The notes under the pieces were generated by a model, which saw only the letters and a program-made list of their open reading frames with translations, did not search any database and was not told where the DNA came from. Below are positions 44,868 through 54,608 of a stretch of DNA of 64,000 nt, piece by piece; position 1 is the stretch's first letter; every line of letters starts with the position of its first letter. The stretch covers positions 352,001 to 416,000 of the forward strand of contig CAXXUA010000006.1 of NCBI GenBank assembly GCA_963663765.2. The letters are read 5' to 3'. Made by a program: the position numbers and the translations under genes. The DNA is from Candidatus Poribacteria bacterium. Its GTDB lineage: Bacteria > Poribacteria > WGA-4E > WGA-3G.

Positions 44868-45776
44868 TCTGAAAAGCATATAATGGGAAATATATGCAGA
44901 AAACGGAAAAATATCTGCAAGGAGGTACGCATGAAAGCAGGGTTATTCAGTTTTAACCATTTTTCACATTTTTGTGAGAAAATCGCGACCGGGAGGTCGC
45001 TCCTACCGCATTGGGCATGCTTAGTGCAAAACGAAATTGATGGGGGCATTGATATTGTTGTTGATGGACAATTTCGTTACCCTTTTGATTTGGAAGAGAT
45101 GATGGCACTCATCATGTTAACCCCTGATGCTTTGAGTTTCCAACACGAAAAAATGATACGCCGTTGGGTTAAAGCGAAACTCGAACACTACTACGCCAAA
45201 GCAGCATCAACACAATCGTCTGAAAAGTCTAAGAATTCAACGCAAAAGTAATCTGAAAAGCATATAATGGGAAATATATGCAGAAAACAGAAAAATATCT
45301 GCAAGGAGGTACGCATGAAAGCAGGGTTATTCAGTTTTAACCATTTTTCACATTTTTGTGAGAAAATCGCGACCGGGAGGTCGCTCCTACCGCATTGGGC
45401 ATGCTTAGTGCAAAACGAAATTGATGGGGGCATTGATATTGTTGTTGATGGAAAATTTCAATACCCTTTTGATTTGGAAGAGATGATGGCACTCATCATG
45501 TTAACCCCTGATGCTTTGAGTTTCCAACACGAAAAAATGATACGCCGTTGGGTTAAAGCGGAACTCGAACACTACTACGCCAAAGCAGCATCAACACAAT
45601 CGTCTGAAAAGTCTAAGAATTCAACGCAAAAGTAATCTGAAAAGCATATAATGGGAAATATATGCAGAAAACGGAAAAATATCTGCAAGGAGGTACGCAT
45701 GAAAGCAGGGTTATTCAGTTTTAACCATTTTTCACATTTTTGTGAGAAAATCGCGACCGGGAGGTCGCTCCTACCG
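44625..45776. repeat. Tandem triplication, 384-bp unit (gene 3' end + MITE arm + REP)
   Basis: CATTGGGCATGC starts at 44625, 45009, 45393; each unit ends in GGTCGCTCCTACCG; only a few SNPs between copies. Confidence 0.95.
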
Positions 45777-45931
45777 CGAGGTCTCTTTTTCAATTATCCA
45801 AAAATTAGGAAAACTGAATAACCCTGGGGTTGGAATAGAATATGCTTGTTTTAAAAATGAGTTAGGTTTTGATAATTAGCATTATCAAACATTATACAAA
45901 GTTCAACACTTTTTCAAAAAGGGAATATCGT

Positions 45932-46174
45932 ATGATAGAACTTATCAGATTTATTCTTTTCATGGTCATCATACTTACTTCAGCTATTCTGTGGTTTAAA
46001 TACAATAGCGGGTGGGTCACTGCAATATTGCTTGGTGGTCTTGTTATCGATTTTTGTTTATATACTTATTCTTTAAGTCGCGACGTGGATGGCGACATAA
46101 TAGAGGACAAACGTTTCAAAGTGTCTTTGATCAGTTATGTTTTTGCATTCCTTTTCATACTGGCTACTACGTGA
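45932..46174 (+). CDS. Small membrane protein
   Basis: 80 aa, three hydrophobic segments, AAGGGA RBS. Confidence 0.55.
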   Translation: MIELIRFILFMVIILTSAILWFKYNSGWVTAILLGGLVIDFCLYTYSLSRDVDGDIIEDKRFKVSLISYVFAFLFILATT

Positions 46175-46232
46175 TATTAGCACTATCAAACCTATTTGTA
46201 AGGTTTCGGCTATACATTTAGTGATTATATTT

Positions 46233-46994
46233 CTAAGCTTTTGGAAGTGCATATACACCGCGTTGGACTCGGACAACCTCACCTTTTTCAACAAGCCTTG
46301 AAAGGGCATAGTTTATCGCTTGCAGTGTTCCATTAAGTGCAGCAACTAACTCGGCTGTTTTTTTCTTACCGTCAGAAAGCAAAGAGAGTATCTCATCTCG
46401 GTAAGGGGCACGTAAGATATTCCTACCTCTGATCTTTTGTAGGATACGGTTTGCTTGCCGGACAGAGCATCCCAAAATACGTTCCACCTCTTCTCTGCTT
46501 GTTTCGTCAGTAATATTTTCGCGTTCAGTTTCAAAACGTTGCCGTGTGCGTATCTTCTCCGCAAGTTTATCTATTCCACCAGCAATCTCAAAATCTTCCC
46601 AGTCAAAAAGTAGGACTTCCGGTCTGTTAGTGATGTTGGGTAGTTCTAAGCTTGATATTAAAACGATTTTTTTATCTGTGAAACGATCTAATCCAACGTG
46701 CCCGATAATTTGCATGAATACATTAATTACTACTTCTTCATAAATACTTTGTACGCGTTCGTCTTTGTAGTATCCTGTTTTCGAATCTCTTTCATAACAC
46801 AGCGGAATTTCGTCATTTCCAAACAAAATATGTGCTCTTGACCAAACAGCACGCGGTCCTACTTCTGGTGTGCCAATGATCCAGATAACATCTGCTGCCT
46901 CAAAAGATGCTTTAAATTTTCCGGTTTCATTAAAGCCTGATATGAAACAAACCTTTTCCTTTTCCACAGTCCCTTTTAAGTGTCTAATACCCAA
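46233..46994 (-). pseudogene. C-terminal fragment of a large protein ending in a winged HTH
   Basis: No good start; ends ILSLLSDGKKKTAELV...YALSRLVEKGEVVRVQRGVYAL; separated from the upstream fragment by a small REP-containing insert. Confidence 0.55.
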
Positions 46995-47064
46995 TTAACG
47001 TGAGTCGTCTTGCTAAGTGTGCGGTTAGGAAACCGCACCTACCGTTGGAAAAAGATAAATTACG

Positions 47065-48786
47065 TTAATTTGGTATAAGTTCGTGAAGTTCAGCGCGGAG
47101 CGCATTGATGGGTGCAAACAGTACCTCTTTGACAATAACAGGTGGGTCTAATAAGTTGCCATGCAGGATTTCGTAGCGCGCATCCCAGCAACCATATCCT
47201 TCTTTCCCTAACATTTGAAGAAAGAGGACGTGTTGATGTTGATTTTCCGATGTCGATGTGCCTTTATGGATATAATATGTTGCCTTACCGGTATTTGGAT
47301 GTAGGTAATCCTGCACCCTGCAAGAAAAGCGTATACCACCCAATTCTGTAAGTGTCAAGAGTGGATTTTTAACGAGATTAACAAGAAATTCAACACAGTG
47401 AAGAACAGCATCTGGGACTGCACATATTCCCTCATAAGTGAATACGAGATCGTGCCAATTTGCCCCGTTGTAACCAGAAGGGGAACCAGTATAAACGTTC
47501 ATCCCCCACGAGTTATCCCACCGTTCCATTGGCCAATCTTTTATTCCTTGGCGTTGGTAAAAACGTTCTCCACCAAAGAAACTCGGACCTTGGTCATCTT
47601 CAGGGGAGTGACCTATCGGCATAAAGGAAATACCAGCATCCTCTAAATCATCAAGCAACACAGGATAATTGCGTGCACAATAGATGCTGTGTTGATGCGG
47701 ATAACCTCTGTTGTGAATAGCAGGCATTATCTCTGTCCTGCGTTGCCTGATTTGAAAACGGAGCGAATAATAATCTATCATTTTTTCTGCGTCAAGTTCT
47801 AAATCAGAACTGAATAATAAGACGTAAGCTTGCTGTTTAGTGGTTAGGTTTGTTTTTTTGATACAAACGACATTCAATGGGTCGGGGAACTTTTTGTGGT
47901 GTAGTTCCATTTGATACACATCAGTTCTCAGATTGTCCTCTGTCTGTGTAAAAATAGAGTATTTTTCATCAATCTTATGTGGATTGACACGTTCTCCATA
48001 GATCGCACGCCGTCCGCGTCCCTTGTAAGGTGTTGTCGGTGGAAAATGCAACGCAGCATCGGTGCGTAGTTTTGAAATAAGATGGAGACCACATTGATTT
48101 ACCATTTGTAGAGCGTTATTATTTCCAAAATAGCCATCCAGGACAAAATAACGGATGGGTATCAAGTTATTTATTAGTTGTAGCACTTTTTTGAGCAGCG
48201 TTTGAAGTTGTTTCAAAGTATCACTGAGAACGACATCTCTTTTATTTTTGTTTCGGCTCCCTTTTGGACGTCCACCTTTAGATTTTGCTGTCTTGTTGGT
48301 GATGTCTGACTGTTTAGTCGGAGCGGCAGCAGGCTTTGAAGTTTTTTCACACCGAACGATTTGCTCAATAGCCATCGGGTAGGAACGTCGCTGAGATACA
48401 CTGACTAAGGATATGGCTAAGAACGATAAACCGGGTATGCTTTTCCCATGCAATGAGGAAAAAAAGCGTGATAAACCATAGGTGCATTTTCCATCTTTGC
48501 TTCTGACAACTTCATCGCCTGCTAAGATATAAACACTCTCATGATCAAGCAAGTGTGTGCGAAAAAAAGTCCAACACATTGTCGTCCAAGGAAGAACTGT
48601 GTTGAAAAAGCGTTGTATAGTGCGGTAACTACCTCCTTTTAATGTCCAACGAGAGATATTTAACATGGTGACCCGTCCTGTCATCGCAAGTAGTGCGAAT
48701 ACAACTTGACATAACTGACGGATCGTTGTTTTTGAAATACATGGATTAAGAATTGAAAAAAGTGCTATAATTTCTAACATGGGCAT
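47065..48786 (-). pseudogene. Truncated DDE transposase (IS4/IS701-like) fused in frame to an unrelated protein fragment
   Basis: GGSYRTIQRFF, AGDEVV and VLDGYFG; transposase similarity ends at YYSLRFQI before the expected Glu; TIR upstream at 48855-48869. Confidence 0.75.
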
Positions 48787-48892
48787 TTGTCCTTTTGTTT
48801 TGTGATTATAATGTAAACATTATAGGACAAAAGCCCATTTTATTCAACTAATTTTTGGCGAAGGTATTGATATAATACACGTTGTTTTCATC

Positions 48893-49473
48893 CTTTTAAT
48901 CGAACCAGTTTGGAATAGAAACATAACGATCTATGCTACGCTGTAGACCCTTGGGGTAACTTTTAATCGAACCCATAGGTGTCAACATAAGAAAAAGTCA
49001 AGTGCTAAATACCCCATCCCGGTAGGCATGCTTTGTAAGTGCGCCGATAAACACAGGATTGGAAAAGGCGCGCTTACAAAGCACCAAATCAACGGTATGA
49101 ATGCTGTTTAGGCATTCCCCGCCTACCTTGAGTGAGAAAATCGGGATTTCAAGGTTTCCCTCCTATTGGCAACGGCGCGCTTACAAAGCACGCTGCAGGG
49201 GAGTGCGGGTGAGTGCGGGGCGCGCTTACAAAGCACGCCTGCAGGAGAGTGCAGTTGGGTGGCGCGCTTACAAAGCACGCCTGCAGGGGAGTGCAGTTGG
49301 GTGGCGCGCTTACAAAGCACGCCTACCTTGAGTGAGAAAATCGGGGTTTCAAGGTTTCCCTCCTACAATAATATGAATCGCTAAGTTGACACCTATGGGG
49401 TACCTTTTAATCGAACCAGTTTGGAATAGAAACGGGGATAGTTGTCAGTTGTCAGCCGTAAGCCTTTTAATCG
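48893..49473 (+). CRISPR. Array remnant (CTTTT-type repeats) interrupted by a MITE
   Basis: Full repeats at 48893-48922 and about 49404-49433; partial repeats at about 48960 and 49464; CCCATAGGTGTCAAC...GTTGACACCTATGGG element at about 48972-49399. Confidence 0.85.
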
Positions 49474-49845
49474 CTATGCGTTCGGAATCGCGGATTACAC
49501 GGAAGAACGCGGAGAAGAAACCTACATCTAATCTTATTCCTTAGAAAACATTTATCCTCTGCAATAAAATATCAGGAAGGGATCTTAACCGTGAGTCTGT
49601 CTGAACGAGGATGGACAGGATGGACAGATTACCAGGATTTACCTCATCAGATCCTATTTCAAAAGAGAGCATAAACGCATATCAAATACAATTGAAGAGG
49701 GAAATACCGGTTCAAACACAAGAGCAGAGGACGCGGAGAACGCGGGTTGGGGTACGGAATCGCGGGTTATGCGGATTGCGCGGAAGAACGCGGGGAGTTT
49801 CATCCGTGTAATCCGTGATTCCTTACACACCCTGCCAAACTATAG

Positions 49846-50124
49846 CAGGACTTACGCAGTTTCTTGATTTAATCAAGGATTATGTTGAAAATGATGTAAT
49901 TAATCAGTATTGTTATAGGGTTCCAGCGCGCTTACAAAGCACCAAATCAAGAAATCAAGAAATCAACGGTATGAATGCCTTTTGGCATTCCCCGGGTATG
50001 AATGCCTTTTGGCATTCCCCGGGTATGAATGCCTTTTGGCATTCCCCGGGTATGAATCATGGAGCATGCCACACGCGCATGCTTCTTTATGCATTCCCCG
50101 CCTACCGTTTTTGCGTAAGTTCTG
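49846..50124. mobile_element. MITE with IS701-type ends
   Basis: CAGGACTTACGCA / TGCGTAAGTTCTG; 5-bp TSD TATAG. Confidence 0.85.
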
Positions 50125-50139
50125 TATAGTAATTAATTA

Positions 50140-50168
50140 TTGACAAGGAAGGCAAATATTGGTAAAAT
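50140..50168 (+). promoter_or_regulatory. Sigma70-type promoter of cas6
   Basis: TTGACA-N17-TAAAAT. Confidence 0.6.
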
Positions 50169-50222
50169 ACAGATACTGATTTGAATGTTTTTTTCTATCC
50201 CCTTCACAAAGTATAATCGTGT

Positions 50223-50975
50223 ATGCGCATACAAATCCTTGCGGATGTCGGTAAAGGCATCACCTTACCCATCAACTACAATCACCTGCTTGTAGGTGTA
50301 ATTTACAAGTTCCTTGCAGAATCTAACTCGGAATATGCCGATTTTCTCCACGAAGAAGGCTACCACGTTGATGCGAAACGGTTCAAACTCTTTACCTTCT
50401 CGCAACTGATGGCTGAACGCAGACATATCAACGGTGATCAGATACATTTTCGTTCTGCTTTGACGTGGTTTGTCTCCTCTCCTATTGAACAATTCCTATC
50501 GCATTTTGCGGATACACTCCTCACCGGAGGTAGACTTTCGGTTGGCAAACACGACCTCAAGATTCGGGATGTGACAATCCCGCGCGCACCGCGTTTTCGG
50601 TCGGAGATGGCGTTCCGATGCTTGTCTCCGATCGTGATGTCGGCTGTGCGTGAACACGAAGGCAAACGTGGCATGCACTACTGCTTGCCTGACGATTCTG
50701 AACTCTCCGAACTCATCCGTCAAAACCTTATCCGCAAACATCAAGCGATTTATGAACGCACACCGCAAGACGATTCGTTATCCTTCCGTTTTGATGACCG
50801 CTATATCCATAGGAAACAGGGACGCGTCACTCGGCTTGTTGATTTCAAGGGCATCAAAATACGTGGGATTTTGTGTCCGTTTCGTGTGTCTGGCAGCGTG
50901 GCATTGATTCAGACGGGTTATGAATGCGGGTTTGGGGATAAGAATAGTGCTGGTTTTGGGATGGTTGGGGTTTGA
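50223..50975 (+). CDS. cas6: CRISPR endoribonuclease Cas6
   Basis: LPINYNH, FLHEEGY, FKLFTFS, LSPI and the G-rich loop GFGDKNSAGFG. Confidence 0.96.
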   Translation: MRIQILADVGKGITLPINYNHLLVGVIYKFLAESNSEYADFLHEEGYHVDAKRFKLFTFSQLMAERRHINGDQIHFRSALTWFVSSPIEQFLSHFADTLLTGGRLSVGKHDLKIRDVTIPRAPRFRSEMAFRCLSPIVMSAVREHEGKRGMHYCLPDDSELSELIRQNLIRKHQAIYERTPQDDSLSFRFDDRYIHRKQGRVTRLVDFKGIKIRGILCPFRVSGSVALIQTGYECGFGDKNSAGFGMVGV

Positions 50976-51067
50976 GAGTCACGATTTTCATCTTGACAGA
51001 TATATCAAGAACCTTGTATAATGTTAATGCTTTTTTAGAAGTCTTAGAATTAATATAGGTTGTAGGA

Positions 51068-51289
51068 TTGAAATTTCAATGGGATAGTCAACATAACACA
51101 GAAATGCTTGATGAATATGATTTCAGCGAAGGTATACGAGGTAAATATGCTGAAAAATACTACGCAGTAAGAAATATGGTTAGGCTTGATGCGGATGTTG
51201 CCAAGATGTTCCCTGATACGAAATCTGTCAACGATGTTTTGCGAACGTTAGGTAAAATCATCGCAGACTATCAGAAAAAAGCATTATAG
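51068..51289 (+). CDS. BrnA-like antitoxin, fused to a BrnT-like N-terminal stub
   Basis: EYDFSEGIRGKYA...VRLDADVAKMFPDTKSVNDVLR preceded by (M)KFQWD; promoter TTGACA-N18-TATAAT at 50993-51022. Confidence 0.65.
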   Translation: MKFQWDSQHNTEMLDEYDFSEGIRGKYAEKYYAVRNMVRLDADVAKMFPDTKSVNDVLRTLGKIIADYQKKAL

Positions 51290-51332
51290 TCTTAAATGTC
51301 CGCGCTTCAGAGAGAAAAGCATACGTAGGTTG

Positions 51333-51477
51333 AGTTTGGAATAGAAACCTGTCTTGCTAAATTGCACGTGGTGGAAGTGTTAGTTTTAATCGCACCAGTT
51401 TGGAATAGAAATGTATATTGTTGTATAGTTTTATTAAGAACTGTAATTATCTAATCGAACCAATTTGGAATATGTTA
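51333..51477 (+). ncRNA. crRNA-like regulatory mini-array (CreR-like)
   Basis: Half repeat 51333-51348, 34-nt spacer, repeat 51383-51412, 35-nt spacer, degenerate repeat 51448-51477; spacer 2 matches 51673-51689. Confidence 0.8.
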
Positions 51478-51639
51478 GGTTTTAGAATTAATTGGACATT
51501 ATTCGCCTGTAGGAGGGAACTCAGATTCCCGACTATCAGTGCCTTTAGTCGCGATTGGGAGATCGCTCCTACAAGTGTGGTGTATAATAATTTAAATAAT
51601 TCACGATAAACAAGAATTACGCCCAAAATAAAAAAAGAT

Positions 51640-51668
51640 TTGACATCCACTAATTATTAAGGTATAAT
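51640..51668 (+). promoter_or_regulatory. Consensus sigma70 promoter of the cas8 operon
   Basis: TTGACA-N17-TATAAT, immediately followed by the mini-array target. Confidence 0.8.
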
Positions 51669-51808
51669 ACCAGTATATTGTTGTGTAGTAAGTAAAAAAT
51701 TGATAAGTTATTGACAATTTAATCCGATATGTAATAGTTTTACATGACAACCGTTATTTACTTACGTTATAATTATCTTTACATAGTCTTTTGTAGGAGG
51801 TGTTTGGA

Positions 51809-53578
51809 ATGGCAGAACAATCCACCCTTAATTTAGAAGATAATTCATCTCAATTAGTTTTAGAACTAACAGGCAATCCGTGGACAGATTTCGGCATTGT
51901 GAGTTTATGTGAAGAATTACGGATGGGTGCCCCAGATTTCTTGATTGAAGGGCCTACTTTGACAGAAAACGAGGTAACAATTACCATTAATGCTTTAGAT
52001 AAAGAGTCGGTAAAGGCTTGGTTTAATGACAGACTGAAAAGTCAGTGGAATCAGATATATTGGTTGAGCAAGGACGCAAGAATTTACAATAAGTCATTGA
52101 TGCATGACTTATCTCTAAAAACTGATACGGAAGGTTTCGTTGTTACCGACGAAAAAATACCGATTATGGAGAACCAAAAAAAGCGGATCAAGAAATTATC
52201 GCCGCAAACCCAAGTCAAAAATGAAATACGAGTTGCATCGCACCGATTGAATTTCATCGGTACGTTGGGAGAAGGAAAAACGAGAGATGTTCAAAAGATA
52301 AAAAGGGAAAAGGAAAACATTGTTCAAGCCTTCGTTGAAAATTGGATTTTACCTGAAGGTAAAAAAATATGCGAAATTTCTGGACGTGTAAGTAAGAAAT
52401 TAGAAGAGGCACATCAAGTGCTTAACCCTTTTTTGAATAAGCATCAAAACGTTAAAGTGCGCGGTTTTGGTGGAACAAACACTTACTCCAAGGTTAGCCC
52501 GATACTAAGATTTGTCAACCTTTGCACTACATTGGATCCGTCTATTCCATATATTTACAAACATCCGACAACATTTTTGATTTTACCAGAAATTGCTAAC
52601 TTATCACTTTTGACAAAGGTATATGGCTTATTGCAGATAAATCTCAAGGATATTAGTGATAAAAATGAACTTTCCACAGCAACAAACCTTCGTGGGATTC
52701 TGCGGACATCAGATGCATATTCGCTTGTAATCACATTGTTTCATAATATTTTCTACAAGTTTACAACAAAAGATGAATGGGATTTAGCCCCGTGGAAAGA
52801 ACCTGAAGAAATTCGACACCAAGTAACTCGGTGGGTGATTATTCCATTCGCGAGAGAACAAAATATCCGTTTCGGAAATTTCAATACAATAGAGGTGGAC
52901 CATAGACTTTACGATTTTATTAAACCGATTCGGTACAATGAAAACGATGACATCCGACTTGTACTGGATATCCTGAGTCGTATTAGTTTCAGTGCCGGTG
53001 GGGAAAACGCTGTTCGTTTATTAAGCAAGGCAATTGCAATCAGTGATTCCCAATTGATGAAAACTGCAATTTTTGGAATCTGGAAGCATGCTGATGCAAT
53101 CAATTTTCGTCCGCAAGAAGCTCGACCACATCCAATCAGATTATTACCACATTTCATTAGATATTTCTTGGAGGTGAATACTGTGTTAAATGATGAAATC
53201 CGTAAGGATTTACAAGAATTAGGACGCACAATTGGGTCCGTTTTTTCAAGCGATGTAACGCTGATTAGTAAACTTTACAACGTTTCAAGCGAGAACGCAC
53301 TTCGTGAATTTCTGAAGCAGTCCCAATATCGACTTTATAAAATTGGCCGGGTGGGTGAAGTAAAAGTCGATGGTTTTCTACACGCTGATGTGCAGGGTGA
53401 GAACAAGTCAATATCTAATGTCAAGGAAGAGCGAATCACACGCATATTAGATAAGTTATCTGAAGACACTAACGCTTGGAAACTGATTGCAGAGACCCTT
53501 TCAACGTTTGCAAGCCTCTACGCATTTAAGGCAAACTTTTTCAAATCTAAAAACCAAGGAGAGAAAGATAATGAATAA
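51809..53578 (+). CDS. cas8b: Type I-B large subunit Cas8 (Cst1/Cas8b-like)
   Basis: TGNPWTDFGI N-terminal motif, CEISG, position before cas7; AGGAGG RBS. Confidence 0.75.
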   Translation: MAEQSTLNLEDNSSQLVLELTGNPWTDFGIVSLCEELRMGAPDFLIEGPTLTENEVTITINALDKESVKAWFNDRLKSQWNQIYWLSKDARIYNKSLMHDLSLKTDTEGFVVTDEKIPIMENQKKRIKKLSPQTQVKNEIRVASHRLNFIGTLGEGKTRDVQKIKREKENIVQAFVENWILPEGKKICEISGRVSKKLEEAHQVLNPFLNKHQNVKVRGFGGTNTYSKVSPILRFVNLCTTLDPSIPYIYKHPTTFLILPEIANLSLLTKVYGLLQINLKDISDKNELSTATNLRGILRTSDAYSLVITLFHNIFYKFTTKDEWDLAPWKEPEEIRHQVTRWVIIPFAREQNIRFGNFNTIEVDHRLYDFIKPIRYNENDDIRLVLDILSRISFSAGGENAVRLLSKAIAISDSQLMKTAIFGIWKHADAINFRPQEARPHPIRLLPHFIRYFLEVNTVLNDEIRKDLQELGRTIGSVFSSDVTLISKLYNVSSENALREFLKQSQYRLYKIGRVGEVKVDGFLHADVQGENKSISNVKEERITRILDKLSEDTNAWKLIAETLSTFASLYAFKANFFKSKNQGEKDNE

Positions 53579-54551
53579 ACTTAAAGGTATCACTATAGTT
53601 TGGTTGAGTAAAACCGACCTGAGCAATCTCAACGCAGGTGAGGGTGGTGGCGGTAACGTTACCGAACTTAAGACTTATGACAACGGTAAACCGTATGCCT
53701 CCGGGCAGTCAGTCCGACATGCGCTCCGCGAGGCAATAGAACGTAACAATCCTGGAGTGTTCCATTGTACGCCAGAATCACCTTGCGGTGATATTGATAA
53801 TTGCTGGCTTTGCGATCTTTTTGGTTTTTTAAATCCAAAACTTGATGAAGGTTTTGACCGCAGATGGTCACCCATTAAAGCGACACCTGCTTTGGGACAG
53901 ATCGCAAGTGACATTGTTACCGATATGCTAATTCGGATGAGTGAAAAACCTAAACCGAGAACCAGAAGGGCACAAACAGAAGATGAACAAGAAAGTTCTG
54001 ACAACGAAGAACAGAGAAAGAGAGATCAGCGTATAGCGTACGTCCAAATGATGTCTAACGTATACCGTATAGGGCTTTCTCTTGACTTTGCAAACATTGG
54101 CTTCGCAAAAAAAGCCAAGTACGATGGTTCTGGTAACAAGGCTGAATTTAAAGGATGGGAAGAACTTGCTAACATTAGTTTGGACGATCGTAAAAAACGC
54201 GCTCTTGCTGTATTAGAAGCAATTGGCGGCATTGCAGATTTTGCGAAACAAGCACGAAACGCCGCATCGCTCTCACCCGATATTTTTATCGCATCAATCC
54301 ATTATCGTTATTCACACAGAACGCTTCGTGCTTTGGAGTGTGATGATAATGGCAAAGTCAGAACCGATACATTAAAGTTTATATTAAAAGATTTACAAGA
54401 CGACGGGGCAAAGTTGTTTTTTGGATTCACGCCAAGTGTGGTAGAAAATGACGACGAACTTCTTAAAACCGTTAAGGAATTCGAACTTGAACCTGTGAAT
54501 CCGATTCAGTCATTGAGAAATCTGTCGGAATTTGTTGAGAATGCAACGTAA
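53571..54551 (+). CDS. cas7: Cas7 (DevR/Cst2 type)
   Basis: NLNAGEG...NVTELK, YASGQSVRHALRE, CDLFGF and RWSPIK. Confidence 0.92.
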   Translation: MNKLKGITIVWLSKTDLSNLNAGEGGGGNVTELKTYDNGKPYASGQSVRHALREAIERNNPGVFHCTPESPCGDIDNCWLCDLFGFLNPKLDEGFDRRWSPIKATPALGQIASDIVTDMLIRMSEKPKPRTRRAQTEDEQESSDNEEQRKRDQRIAYVQMMSNVYRIGLSLDFANIGFAKKAKYDGSGNKAEFKGWEELANISLDDRKKRALAVLEAIGGIADFAKQARNAASLSPDIFIASIHYRYSHRTLRALECDDNGKVRTDTLKFILKDLQDDGAKLFFGFTPSVVENDDELLKTVKEFELEPVNPIQSLRNLSEFVENAT

Positions 54552-54608
54552 GAGTAAAAATCGGTTAGGGTGAATCAATTTTCACTCTAATTTCGATTGG
54601 AGATAATC

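Noticed and set aside
44883-45635. Two 122-aa ORFs
   Set aside because: By-products of the 384-bp triplication: MITE/REP sequence fused to the duplicated gene end.
45830-45840. TTGGAATAGAA, possible CRISPR repeat remnant
   Set aside because: Only 11 nt, lacks the terminal AC and has no partner repeat; cannot be distinguished from chance.
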